Shown here: positions 26,119 through 35,651 of the stretch, in pieces
Position numbering within the stretch: the first letter of the stretch is position 1
Layout: each line of letters opens with the position of its first letter
IMG/VR virus record: IMGVR_UViG_3300027895_000002
Location: 1-44,976 of that record
Source: a virus
Direction: 5' to 3' (one strand)
DNA length: 44,976 bases
Made by a program: the position numbers and the translations under genes
Notes under the pieces: model-generated
The model's input: the letters and a program-made list of their open reading frames with translations, nothing else
What the model was told of the DNA's origin: nothing
Databases searched by the model: none

Positions 26119-27182
26119 GCGCCACCCGCATTAGAACCTGGCTTCTGATAGATACCAGTATTGCCTTGATCCGTGCTGTCGAAGTAGCGCTTGCCCCCGC
26201 CAAAAGCATACACGCGATGATCGGGAGCTGAGTATTCTGAGCCCCACGCCCTCTCCACCATCTCCTGCAAGCTAAAATCCCGCATGGTGACTTTGAGGAT
26301 AGGTTGTACGGGAGGGGCGACTGATGCCTGATAGGCACCCTGAGAGACTCCTAGTGTAACGACAGAATTGAAAGCAACTGAAGTCCCGGCAGAAGGGCTC
26401 TGGTTCGCGACATACCCTGCGGCGTAGGTACTGCTGTAGACCGGAACGTCAAGGTACGAAAGCCCCGCCATGCTGATGAGGGTATTGGCGACAGCGGCAT
26501 TGTCTCCCGTCACGGAAGGGACCAGCACTCCGCTAACGATCATCTCCGCTTGTGTGGTGGTTCCCGTTCCTGTGGAGTCGTAAGCCGTGATCTGGAAGAT
26601 GAAATTGCCGAATGCCGTATAGGTCCCGGTGAACCAGTTGGTCGCGGACGAGAACTGAATCCCCGGAGGCAGATTTCCCCCGGTGATTGCAAAGGTCAGT
26701 GTGTCACCGGATGGGCTTGAGGCGTAGTTCGCAAGGTTCCCGGAAGGCACGGCAGAGCCGATGGTCTGGTTATTGAGAAAGAGGCTCGTCCCCCACACGG
26801 GACCTGCTTCATTGATGTAGACGACTCCCGGCCCATCGATGGTGTTCGAAAGATGCCGGAAGACGTAGTAGGAGAAACTCTGCCTTGAAGTATCCCCCCC
26901 AAAGAGAATCTCTCCCGTCCCGTCCCCGTTGACTTGCAGGGCATAGCCTCCAGGAAAGGACACGAGGGGCACGATGAATACATCGCCCACCAAAACGGCG
27001 GGGTTGGAGCCGGTCTCAAGAGAAAACCCCGAAGCAGGCGGAACGGTACTGGTGCAGTCCTGGTCCTGAAAACCGGCGGTCGCAGGAGAGGGCAGCGCCG
27101 TATAGGCTGCGAGCCCACCGCGCAGGCGATTGGCGGTGTCGCCTACTCTCAGGCCACGGTATACGAGGGTCGCGGCGCTCAC
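26115..27182 (-). CDS. Virion-associated protein with an Ig-like (putative Ig / cadherin-like) domain and a PASTA domain
   Basis: aa 155-215: GDTLTFAITGGNLPPGIQFSSATNWFTGTYTAFGNFIFQITAYDSTG. aa 220-282: VPSVTGDNAAVANTLISMAGLSYLDVPVYSSTYAAGYVANQSPSAGTSVAFNSVVTLGVSQG, which follows the PASTA consensus (vP.v.G....A...L...GL......s.....G.V..QsP.aGt.v...s.VtL.vS.G). Confidence 0.7.
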   Translation of the reverse strand: MSAATLVYRGLRVGDTANRLRGGLAAYTALPSPATAGFQDQDCTSTVPPASGFSLETGSNPAVLVGDVFIVPLVSFPGGYALQVNGDGTGEILFGGDTSRQSFSYYVFRHLSNTIDGPGVVYINEAGPVWGTSLFLNNQTIGSAVPSGNLANYASSPSGDTLTFAITGGNLPPGIQFSSATNWFTGTYTAFGNFIFQITAYDSTGTGTTTQAEMIVSGVLVPSVTGDNAAVANTLISMAGLSYLDVPVYSSTYAAGYVANQSPSAGTSVAFNSVVTLGVSQGAYQASVAPPVQPILKVTMRDFSLQEMVERAWGSEYSAPDHRVYAFGGGKRYFDSTDQGNTGIYQKPGSNAGGA

Positions 27183-27760
27183 GTCGTCTGCGTCACCTTG
27201 CTGGCATTGGTGATGGCATTGGAAGTCAAACCAATCGCCGTAGAGGTGTTGTTGCGCTTGTAAACCGTCCCGGCAGTACCGGACCAGCTAATCCCTACCA
27301 GAGTCTGCAGAGCCATCTGCATCGCCTGCGCCGGTGTGGGGACCACTGTGGCAGCCGCGTAAGACTCTGCCATCTGTCCCAGAAATAGCTGCTGGGTCGG
27401 GATGATCTTGACCGTATGCGTGGCAAGATTGGCCGCTCCGTTAAAGACGACGTTCATCTCCCCGCTTGCAGGTACGAGACCGTTCGGCAGATCAAACCTG
27501 TAGGAGCCCGGCATATTCGTGCCGTCTACAGCTACAAAACCTCCTGAAGAGTAAGCACCGCCTACCGTCTGGGTAGCTAAGGTAATGGCGGTCGAGGTTC
27601 CTGTAGGGCTATTTCTGTAGTAACACGTGAGACTCGAGGTGTTGTAAGCAAGTCCCGTAATGGGATTTCCGGGAGAGGTGGCCCCTGCATTTTGCACCAG
27701 AGCGACGTCTATCGTGACGGAAATGGCACCCGAGGGGACAAAGACGGTTTGAGTAGTCAT
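27179..27760 (-). CDS. Hypothetical beta-rich virion-module protein
   Basis: 193 aa. The pattern ITGLAYN...CYYR......GGFVAVDGTNMPGSYRFDLPNGL recurs in podovirus accessory proteins of unknown role. Confidence 0.5.
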   Translation of the reverse strand: MTTQTVFVPSGAISVTIDVALVQNAGATSPGNPITGLAYNTSSLTCYYRNSPTGTSTAITLATQTVGGAYSSGGFVAVDGTNMPGSYRFDLPNGLVPASGEMNVVFNGAANLATHTVKIIPTQQLFLGQMAESYAAATVVPTPAQAMQMALQTLVGISWSGTAGTVYKRNNTSTAIGLTSNAITNASKVTQTT

Positions 27761-28465
27761 TTAGAAGCCCTGATTTTCAAAGAGTAGAAGCCCACTCGAA
27801 GCGGCTGATGCTGGGAGATAGGTAGATACATTAGCCACCCACTCCCCTGCCGTGGCCAGAGTGCCGAAGTTAGCCGTTACTGCCGCATTCGATGCCAACT
27901 GCTTATACGCCACTGAGGTCGGAAAGTGATTATTGGTCGTGTCCTGATAGATATTCGTCCACCCCGAAGGGGTACCCCATCCACCGACAGGATAGGTACC
28001 ACTCTGATCTCCCAAGCACGATACGGCAATGGCTAGGTCGGTGGAGCTTCCTAAAGTACCTGTAGCTCCGCTAGAAACAGGACCTGTGTTCTGAGTGGAT
28101 TCCTGATCCACTCCCGTTCCGGTATCAAAGGTATTCAAACCGGACCATTCGGTGAGGATCGCCTGCCCGTAGGAGTTAGCCGAAGTGCCGTACTGTGCGG
28201 TTGCGGTAACGGTATGTGTTCCGGCATTCGCGGTGGAGAGTCTCATAATGTCGCAGGAGAACCGTGAACCGCCATTCTCCTGATCGATGCCGTAAGTACC
28301 CTGAGAGTCAGAGGCCACGATGATGGTACTGCCGTTCGTGGCGTCGAAATTTGCATGCGTGACGAGAAGGATCAACGTGTTTCCTGATGCCACTCCCGAT
28401 AGCGTCACGGTCGTTGCGAGAGTGGCGGCAAAATACCCGACGGCAGAGGTTTGAATCAGGCTCAC
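27761..28465 (-). CDS. Hypothetical jelly-roll/lectin-like protein, start re-assigned
   Basis: GTG at 28465 overlaps the TGA of the giant gene (GTGA). The track ORF extends to 28501 inside the upstream gene. Confidence 0.5.
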   Translation of the reverse strand: MSLIQTSAVGYFAATLATTVTLSGVASGNTLILLVTHANFDATNGSTIIVASDSQGTYGIDQENGGSRFSCDIMRLSTANAGTHTVTATAQYGTSANSYGQAILTEWSGLNTFDTGTGVDQESTQNTGPVSSGATGTLGSSTDLAIAVSCLGDQSGTYPVGGWGTPSGWTNIYQDTTNNHFPTSVAYKQLASNAAVTANFGTLATAGEWVANVSTYLPASAASSGLLLFENQGF

Positions 28466-31400
28466 GGGCTGTAGCCGATTTGCGTCACGGTCCCGTCCCA
28501 CGCACCCATGTTGCAGACGGTTCCTGTGGAAACTCCTCCCACCCGGCCCTTGCCTAAGAGCGGGGAGTTACTCGCCGGGACGAAGTTTGCAGGATTATTC
28601 CCCGCTCCTCCTACGAAGGAAGGCGGCCCGACAATCGAATGCGCATCCTTACCAGAAACCCCCTGCCAGGTTGCTAGAGTCGTGTATTGAGAGCCTACAG
28701 GATTGTTGTTCCAGGTGGAGTTAGCCGCCCAGCAGTTGTAATCCATTGTGCCGATGTTGGCGATTGCACAGGTAGAAGCTCCCAGTCCTCCCACAGATGC
28801 CGTGCTGATAAAGACGTTGTTCCAGAAACCTAAGGGAGCAGAAGACTGGTATTCGTTGATGACCCATCCCCCATTGATCGCTCCTGCCATGCTCACGGTG
28901 TTGTTGAAGCAGTTTACCGTAGAAGGTACGGCTTGATACGTCGTATTGGTCGGGTAGTACAGCGTCCCTAAATCCGCCTGCAACAAAGCCTTTACCTGAC
29001 TTCCAAGATCGATGATGTTGTGATGGATCTGATACGGTGTAAGAGCGGTGGAGGATGAGGGATGAGTCGCCTGTGCGTTCTCCCAACCCGTGAAAGGACC
29101 TCCGTCAGAGCCGTTCATCTGGTAGATGTAGTTATAACGAGCAATCGTGCCTTGGTTAGGTCCGTGGCCGTTCAGCTCGTACTTGTCGTAAATCGCCGTA
29201 TTGGCGTTGTAGAGCGTGCAGTATTCGATGACAGTGTTGATGTTCGAGTAGAGCTGAATGCAGGCGGCATTATGGGTGGCTTGAGCGTTCTGCATGCCGT
29301 GAATCAGGCAGTTGTGTACCAAAGCCCCATTGACGCATTCGAGCGAGATGCCGAGCACGTTGTCGCCCTCGGCCGCCGCCGTCCCGGTGATATTGGAGAT
29401 CTGGCAGTTCAGGATCTGCGGACCCGATCCCGCAACCGTATTGCCCGACATGTAGAAACTAATGGCCCCATACACCTGTCCTGTGGAGGAGGGATTGGAG
29501 ATGTTCTGCACTACAATTCCATCGAGCGTGCAGTAGCACACGTTCCCCGCCCCGTACTGGGTGTTCATGCCGATGATGGGATAGGGGGTGAGAGTTCCTC
29601 CTCCTGTGGGAGCACCATTTAAGACCGCTAGGCCGGGTGAATAGACCCCAGCAGAGTTACAGGATGCGATGTAGGTCGGATTACCCGCAGTGCCGGGAGG
29701 GATCTTGAGGAGCAATGCGGCAGTTCCGACCTGTCCACCGGATGAGAAGCCCGAAACGTCGTAATTGCCTCCTATGAGGCCCACACTCGCCCCTGCCATC
29801 AGGGCGAAGTTGGTCGCATTGCCTCCTGTTGTGGCAAGACTTGTGATTGCCCACGCCTGAGAGGGTGAGGTGCCGGAATTTGAATCATTCCCTGTCGATG
29901 AGATGAAATACTGAAACTCCACCTGACCGTAGACACTCGGCAATTGGGTGTTGAGCGGCATCGAGGGGATTGCGGCTGAGACCTGAGCGATACTGACACC
30001 TGATCCCGTGGTGTTGTCGAACCAGAACATCTTGTTGGGCTTGGTAGAACCGCCATTTGCAAGAGCGCCGTTAAAGGCGAAGTTGTAGTACTGCTGAGGG
30101 GTGTAGTTACCCCACTGTCCTGTCGCATCCGGATACTGCATTTCGTTAATGCAGGGGAGGACGTTCACATAGCTCGTGCCTCCGATGTTACCGTTATGCA
30201 CCATGTTGGACGTGAGCTGGGTCAAACCGGGAGAGTCATCCGGTCCTAACCCGCAACACGCATTCGCCTTCATTGCGGCGAATATGGCTTGCATCTGTGC
30301 ATTCGAGCCGAAGTAGTTCGGGGATATCCCTACCTCCGAGGCTTTGAACCCTCCCGTTCCCCTCACCTGGTTGAAGAAACTTACGATCTGATTGGCGTAG
30401 TTCTGATCGTTGATCCCTGAAGAGCCTGCTACGGCGGTTTCAGGACCTCTAATTCCCTCGAAGGTGAGATTGGCGTCGTACTGCGCGGCATAGGCATTGT
30501 GCATCGCAAGGATAATGGTGGTGTTGAAGCTCTGATCCACCTGCGCAATCATCGCGAGTTCCCCATCCCACTGTGTTCCGGAAGGTGCGTAGTTGAATCC
30601 CAGTCCTCCTCCATTGGCGGTGTTGTAGAGATCGGGAAGTACTCCGAAAGTCGCAGCCGTGGGAGTGCCGGAGAAGGTCTGTGCAACGAACTGCCGGTCC
30701 TCCCACCCCAACTCGAACTGTATCCCGGCGTTCTTACATGCAGTTAAGAACCAGTCCACGAGGTTAAAGCCACCCCCATTCGGACCTAATGTTCCGAATC
30801 GATACACGACATTGTTAAGGCTCGTGCCCTGCATCAACTGGCGAAGATTCACAATGATGAATACGCCAACGAACCCCATTGCTTTGGCGTTATTGATTCG
30901 GGAGAGCCAGTTCGCACCATTCGTACCGGAGTTGTTCTGATCCAGCTCGATCCAGTGGCCGGGAGTGAATTTATAAGCTCCTGTCGCCTGCTGGGCGGTG
31001 GTGAAGCTATAGGTGGTAGAGGCCGCAGAGATATTGAGGTCGGTGTCCTGAGCCGTTGCGGTGACGTTGTAATGAGTATTGGGAATGAGGTTGGAGAGCG
31101 TCAGAGTCCAGTTAGCCAGAGTCTGAATGTTCGTCTGGGTCAGCGTGGCGGTGATCGATACCCCGGCATTGGTGTTCCCTGTAAATCCTACATACAGGGC
31201 GTTGCCCATGTTCTGCGTCAGCGTGCCGACTGGTGTTGAGCCATTGAAGAATGTATAGCTGCTGCCGTTCTTGATGAGAATCAGCGTCGTGGGTCCGCTG
31301 TTCGCTACGGTTTGCAGAACCGTGGAGTTCCCCCCTGTACTGGGACGGTAGTAGCTCGAAACCCCTTTGCCACCTGAGAACGACGTGCACTGCATCCCGA

Positions 31401-33108
31401 CAAAAGCACTGTTGTTCGCCAAGGAGACACGTGCCTGGATACCTACATTTGAGTATGGATTGGCCGGATTGAAGCCCGATATCTGAAAAGTCAAGACACA
31501 ATAGGCGCTGTTGATCTGCTGGTAAGCAAAAGCGAGTGCATCGGTCAGCGGGTAACTGGGGTCTAAAGCGGTAGTCGTGATCGTGACAGAGGAGCCAGTC
31601 TGGGTGAAGACCGAGGTCTGAGTTCCTATATCTGCAAAGGTGAGCGTGGGCTTGTTACCAGCTGCGCTTGAGACGACCTGTGTACCTATCCCCGAGACCG
31701 TCACGTTGTACTGCTGCATCCCGCCCCAGAGGTATCCGGCAGGATTGGGGTCGGATGAAGGTAATCCTTGAACTAGTGCAGAAGTGGTGAGGATATTGGT
31801 TGCCGAGATGCCTACCGGGATCGTAGGAGGATAGGGGTCGGTAACTCCCGAGCCATTGCCGCGCACGCTGAACGTGTTGGAATTCGCCGAGAGACCGGAG
31901 GAGGTTAAGGTCGCGGTGAAGTAAAGCCCAGAAACCTCAGGAGCTACAGTGACCCCGTCATAAGTTAAGTACGTCCCATCGAATGCAAAACCAGTCGTTC
32001 CCGTCCACACACGCCACTGCTGCATCGACCAGCCGAGCGTTGCAATACCACCCGAGTCATTCCCATTGCCCGTGTAGGCGAGTTCCGCGTTGCCGTGTAC
32101 CGTCTGTAGCGTGTACTGCGTAGGGTCGGTCGAGATCGCAGGACCCACGGAGGCTGCGTTAATCGCTATTAGAGCGGCCTGGAACTGCGCCTGAGTCGTA
32201 ACCCACGAGAATGGCAGAAAGCCGCTCCACGGCGTTCCTGTCGAGAGGGTGCTGTGAGGCAGGGGTGTGACATAAAGCCCTGCACCCGTTCCCGATCCTC
32301 CTAGAGGGCAGTTGATCTGATAGGTTCCGCTCGGACTGTCGTAGCTGATTCCTACAGGCTGATTGGTCTCTCCCACCCCGGGGAAGATCTTGACCCCAAG
32401 GCTTACGAAAATCCCTCCGGGGCCTGCAAAGCGCGCATCCGCCAGCCAATATGCCAAACCGCCCATAGAGGCCGTTGCTACGGGAATCTGCAAGAGCATT
32501 GACTGGTAGAACGAGGAACCAGAAAAAACTGAAGGTAAAACTCCTCCCAAGCTGTAGTTAGGAAAGCCGCTGTACTTGCCATCGGGAGAGGTGCCAAGTT
32601 CCGCCGAACTCATGTAACCGCCCACAACCGGGCCTTCCATCTGAAAGCCGCTAGAGTTTGCGGTAGATTGTAGGCAAAGCTGCGCGGTAGCCGGATTGAT
32701 TGCGGTGTATCCGGTCAGTGCCCCCATGCTGTTCAAGTTAGAAACCAGGGTGCCGCTCGGACTGTTGTACGGGTTGGGCTCCCACTGCAGCAGCACTAAC
32801 TTACCCGTCGGGATGCTCTGCGAAGGGGTAGCCAGGGGCACGATCATGTTTCCCGCTATTCCGGTCTCTACCGGCTGCGAGAAGATGCTGGATTGGACTT
32901 TCCCCGTGGGGTCGTTAAGAACGCACGTACAACCCGTTGTGGGGGTGATATAGGTCGTGAGAATGTCAACCGACAGGGAACCTGTCTGATTGATGAAATT
33001 CGGTACGCTCGTCCACTGCGGCTGTGGGGGAGTACCACCAGGATAGCCCCAGTATCCAATGCCGTTACCAGCAGGCGTGACAGGCCAGAAATCAGTAGCG
33101 AGTGTCAA
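28462..33108 (-). CDS. Giant (1548 aa) multi-domain depolymerase-like protein: unknown N-terminal region, lectin/jelly-roll-like region, FN3-like module, TIM-barrel glycosidase-like region, right-handed beta-helix (pectin-lyase fold) C-terminal domain
   Basis: FN3-like LSNLIPNTHYNVTATAQDTDLNISAASTTYSFTT (about 30990..31150). Alternating beta/alpha region with ELGWEDR and EGIRGPE (about 29930..30985). PbH1-type repeats NCQISNITG...LVHNCLIHGM...IEYCTLYN (about 28700..29925) ending SGKDAHSIVGPPSFVGG...PASNSPLLGKG. Confidence 0.7.
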   Translation of the reverse strand: MTLATDFWPVTPAGNGIGYWGYPGGTPPQPQWTSVPNFINQTGSLSVDILTTYITPTTGCTCVLNDPTGKVQSSIFSQPVETGIAGNMIVPLATPSQSIPTGKLVLLQWEPNPYNSPSGTLVSNLNSMGALTGYTAINPATAQLCLQSTANSSGFQMEGPVVGGYMSSAELGTSPDGKYSGFPNYSLGGVLPSVFSGSSFYQSMLLQIPVATASMGGLAYWLADARFAGPGGIFVSLGVKIFPGVGETNQPVGISYDSPSGTYQINCPLGGSGTGAGLYVTPLPHSTLSTGTPWSGFLPFSWVTTQAQFQAALIAINAASVGPAISTDPTQYTLQTVHGNAELAYTGNGNDSGGIATLGWSMQQWRVWTGTTGFAFDGTYLTYDGVTVAPEVSGLYFTATLTSSGLSANSNTFSVRGNGSGVTDPYPPTIPVGISATNILTTSALVQGLPSSDPNPAGYLWGGMQQYNVTVSGIGTQVVSSAAGNKPTLTFADIGTQTSVFTQTGSSVTITTTALDPSYPLTDALAFAYQQINSAYCVLTFQISGFNPANPYSNVGIQARVSLANNSAFVGMQCTSFSGGKGVSSYYRPSTGGNSTVLQTVANSGPTTLILIKNGSSYTFFNGSTPVGTLTQNMGNALYVGFTGNTNAGVSITATLTQTNIQTLANWTLTLSNLIPNTHYNVTATAQDTDLNISAASTTYSFTTAQQATGAYKFTPGHWIELDQNNSGTNGANWLSRINNAKAMGFVGVFIIVNLRQLMQGTSLNNVVYRFGTLGPNGGGFNLVDWFLTACKNAGIQFELGWEDRQFVAQTFSGTPTAATFGVLPDLYNTANGGGLGFNYAPSGTQWDGELAMIAQVDQSFNTTIILAMHNAYAAQYDANLTFEGIRGPETAVAGSSGINDQNYANQIVSFFNQVRGTGGFKASEVGISPNYFGSNAQMQAIFAAMKANACCGLGPDDSPGLTQLTSNMVHNGNIGGTSYVNVLPCINEMQYPDATGQWGNYTPQQYYNFAFNGALANGGSTKPNKMFWFDNTTGSGVSIAQVSAAIPSMPLNTQLPSVYGQVEFQYFISSTGNDSNSGTSPSQAWAITSLATTGGNATNFALMAGASVGLIGGNYDVSGFSSGGQVGTAALLLKIPPGTAGNPTYIASCNSAGVYSPGLAVLNGAPTGGGTLTPYPIIGMNTQYGAGNVCYCTLDGIVVQNISNPSSTGQVYGAISFYMSGNTVAGSGPQILNCQISNITGTAAAEGDNVLGISLECVNGALVHNCLIHGMQNAQATHNAACIQLYSNINTVIEYCTLYNANTAIYDKYELNGHGPNQGTIARYNYIYQMNGSDGGPFTGWENAQATHPSSSTALTPYQIHHNIIDLGSQVKALLQADLGTLYYPTNTTYQAVPSTVNCFNNTVSMAGAINGGWVINEYQSSAPLGFWNNVFISTASVGGLGASTCAIANIGTMDYNCWAANSTWNNNPVGSQYTTLATWQGVSGKDAHSIVGPPSFVGGAGNNPANFVPASNSPLLGKGRVGGVSTGTVCNMGAWDGTVTQIGYSP

Positions 33109-34730
33109 CTCGCGTACTCAGGCTCTAGAGCCGTGTAGTCCACTACCTCGGGCGTAACCGGTTCTAAGTCGTAAATGCGGCTTAAAGCGTCTGGGAGGTC
33201 TTTCAACCCCCCAAACGGGAAAAAGCTCAATTCAAGCTTGAGCCTGTCAGCTAAATCGTACTTCTGGTCGTTCTCGTCCTTTCTCGTGATGGGACGCGAG
33301 AGACGGTATTCATATCCCGAAGCAATCATGTTTCTCTGGGTTCTCGTAAGGGCTTTGTCGTCAGTTGGATATGGCAGGTAGAGTCGGTGACCTCGCACGT
33401 CAGGGACCAGTCTCTGTACTCGATCCACTTTGCTTCTCTCTCCATCTCGCGACCATTCAAGCTCAGCAATTTCAAAACTGCGTCGCTCGATGCGCTGCCT
33501 TTCATGAAAGTAGTCGATATCCGCTTGGGCACCATATTTCTCATACCCCACGTGTAAACCTACCACTCCGGGTGCTGATCTCCACTTGGCCCACAAGTCC
33601 CGCATCCACTTCCAGCGGTCCATGAGATCCATCTTGTGATCTACACCGTCGAGGAGATACTTGTTCCCTGCTGAGTCTACGCCCACCACCACCATAGCGG
33701 TATTCGCAGAGTCTTTCTTCATCGATCTGGCAGGATCGACCATCAGGTAGGCCATCAGGGTTAAAGGGCGGACCTCGTAGACTTGGAGGTCTTCGACGTG
33801 GAACATGCGCTGATGTCCGGCAAGAGGGTTTGCAAGTAATTGGCAAGCAACTGTTGCTTCACCCTGATCCCGGATTCGACGAGCCCACTCAGTTGCACTA
33901 AAGAGAACAGGTACACCGTCAAGCGTTCCGTCATCGGTGGCAGGATAGATTCGTGCCTTCGCAGCTCCGCGCTTAATGATCTCGGCGTAAGTGTCTGCAT
34001 AGTGATACCTCGTGCCTATGATCCATTTGCGGCCATTCATCGTGCCCAAATTGTCTGAGAGTTCCCACGCTTCTGTAGTCTTAGTGATCTGCTCAGGAGT
34101 ATTCACACTCTCCCGTGTCACGACGTCGTCATAGATCATCAGGGCAAAGTGTTTGGAGGTAGGCTGTCCGTCTACCAATCCGTGTGCTTCTATAGTCGCT
34201 TCCTTGGGATTCCCCTCACGCTTGCAGATGAGGCCAGCATCCAGTGACCAGCTAGGGGATTCAAACTCAGGATTGGCGTACAGCACGTCAGGGAAGGCAG
34301 CCTTCAGGTTCTCATTGGCCTCCAGCTCCCGCTTGATCTGCGCCAAAAACCCTTTGGCAATCGGCTTCGTATGGCTGAAGATTGCCTTGGGGCTCTCTTG
34401 GTCTTTCAGGATCTCCTGCGTCCCACCGGCAAACGTAATAATGGTCGATTTGTAATGCTCGCGTGCCCAGATGTCGCAGTACCCGTCAGGATTGGCTTCG
34501 ACTTCTCTGCAGCGCTCGTAGACCCAAGTGTTCCACGCGTCATAACGCCTAAGCATTTTGATGAGTAGGTAGTATCGGTCGTTAAGACAAAGCCACCGTA
34601 CCCCTTCGTGGTCTCTGCCACGATTGTCAATCTCGTCCCATACGGTCAATACTTCATTGAACGGTAGGGCGTGTACGCGCATCGAGAGCGCTTTGAATCT
34701 TTGCTGCAAGAGACTCGGAGCCGCCAACAT
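33105..34730 (-). CDS. terL: Terminase large subunit
   Basis: Walker-A-like DIWAREHYKSTIIT, MIYDDV Walker-B-like, and a C-terminal nuclease region with VDPA and GVD acidic motifs. ATGA overlap with the giant gene. The start could be ATG 34682 instead of 34730. Confidence 0.9.
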   Translation of the reverse strand: MLAAPSLLQQRFKALSMRVHALPFNEVLTVWDEIDNRGRDHEGVRWLCLNDRYYLLIKMLRRYDAWNTWVYERCREVEANPDGYCDIWAREHYKSTIITFAGGTQEILKDQESPKAIFSHTKPIAKGFLAQIKRELEANENLKAAFPDVLYANPEFESPSWSLDAGLICKREGNPKEATIEAHGLVDGQPTSKHFALMIYDDVVTRESVNTPEQITKTTEAWELSDNLGTMNGRKWIIGTRYHYADTYAEIIKRGAAKARIYPATDDGTLDGVPVLFSATEWARRIRDQGEATVACQLLANPLAGHQRMFHVEDLQVYEVRPLTLMAYLMVDPARSMKKDSANTAMVVVGVDSAGNKYLLDGVDHKMDLMDRWKWMRDLWAKWRSAPGVVGLHVGYEKYGAQADIDYFHERQRIERRSFEIAELEWSRDGERSKVDRVQRLVPDVRGHRLYLPYPTDDKALTRTQRNMIASGYEYRLSRPITRKDENDQKYDLADRLKLELSFFPFGGLKDLPDALSRIYDLEPVTPEVVDYTALEPEYAS

Positions 34731-34950
34731 CTAATCGGTGCTCCACGGTTGCATTAAGCGTCTGTGTTGCCTTGCCATCAAGCCGGTCAGCCACCTCACG
34801 AATGGCGAACATATCCCCTTGCTCAGCCCTGTCCAGAAGCTTCTCAGCGATCTTCCTAAGCCTGTCAGGCCCCTGTGCAACGGCTTTCTCTAGCTCGTGC
34901 AGGAAAAGCTTTGATTTAGCCCCGAGCGTGTTGCCTTTCTCAAAGGGCAT
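34654..34950 (-). CDS. terS: Terminase small subunit candidate
   Basis: 98 aa. N-terminal PFEKGNTLGAKSK motif typical of small DNA-binding terminase subunits. Immediately upstream of, and overlapping, terL. Confidence 0.6.
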   Translation of the reverse strand: MPFEKGNTLGAKSKLFLHELEKAVAQGPDRLRKIAEKLLDRAEQGDMFAIREVADRLDGKATQTLNATVEHRLDVGGSESLAAKIQSALDARTRPTVQ

Positions 34951-34961
34951 GAGTCCATCCG

Positions 34962-35213
34962 TTAATCTTCTGATTCTACGATTGTTTCATCTGTGAAACA
35001 GGGCCTTGAGTCCTCATCGTCATCGGGCTCAGTTATCTCCGTGATAACCCGAATAGGCGTCATAACCTGTAAGAGGTCCGTAGGCGTCTCTACTGGTGTA
35101 TAGCTCAAGCCTTGCCGGGAGATTGGCATTGGAGCGATGAGCGATAGTAGCGTCTGTATCGTAGTCGCCTGAAACGATAGGTACATCACGCCATGCCTTT
35201 GGAGCGCATACAT
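34962..35213 (-). CDS. Hypothetical protein with an acidic C-terminus (frame choice uncertain)
   Basis: This frame fills the hldC-terS gap (8-nt and 11-nt spacers). The competing ORF 35029..35256 in another frame would leave a 78-nt gap. Confidence 0.35.
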   Translation of the reverse strand: MYALQRHGVMYLSFQATTIQTLLSLIAPMPISRQGLSYTPVETPTDLLQVMTPIRVITEITEPDDDEDSRPCFTDETIVESED

Positions 35214-35221
35214 GATTCCCG

Positions 35222-35626
35222 CTATGGGCTAACGCCCTCATGGCTTTGGGTTTCATTCGCCTTGAGTGTAGCCGTGGTGCTAAAGCCAGGCAAGCGCCCG
35301 ATGATCTCCAATCCTCCTGCCCACTTGTAGCCGTTGAACTCCTGATCCTGTCCCCTGAAGAGGACGTCAGGCTTTATCGAGCGGATGAGATCTGCTACCC
35401 GGCCATCAAAAGGGATGCACGAGTCTGCAAACGTGTTCACCCTCATCATTCGATCAGAGAGCCCTTCAGAGGGTCTACCCACCCCTTTGAGGCGAAGCAC
35501 TGACGCATCTGTGTTAACCGCGACGATGAGCCAGTCACACCTCTTCCTTGCTTCTCTGAGGAAGTATCGGTGGCCGTCGTGGAATGCGTCGAAGCATCCG
35601 TTTGCAAAGCCAATGCGCATAACCAT
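35222..35626 (-). CDS. hldC: D-glycero-beta-D-manno-heptose 1-phosphate adenylyltransferase (RfaE/HldE domain II type cytidylyltransferase fold)
   Basis: RIGFANGCFDAFHDGHRYFLREARKRCDWLIVAVNTDASVLRLKGVGRP aligns with E. coli HldE domain II [45 protein letters not shown]. Confidence 0.9.
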   Translation of the reverse strand: MVMRIGFANGCFDAFHDGHRYFLREARKRCDWLIVAVNTDASVLRLKGVGRPSEGLSDRMMRVNTFADSCIPFDGRVADLIRSIKPDVLFRGQDQEFNGYKWAGGLEIIGRLPGFSTTATLKANETQSHEGVSP

Positions 35627-35651
35627 AACAATTCCTCTTTCGAAATTCTCA

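Noticed and set aside
29062-29622. 186-aa ORF antisense to the giant depolymerase-like gene (similar cases: 15332..15820, 16139..16690, 1834..2361, 172..504, 12412..12900, 7122..7544)
   Set aside because: These lie entirely inside confidently coding genes on the other strand. They have Arg/Val/Gly-rich shadow-frame composition, no RBS, and no start/stop coupling to neighbours.
35029-35256. 75-aa ORF overlapping the 3' end of hldC
   Set aside because: It would overlap hldC by 20-35 nt and leave a 78-nt gap before terS. The alternative frame 34962..35213 tiles the gap neatly. The evidence is weak either way, so only the latter is listed, at low confidence.
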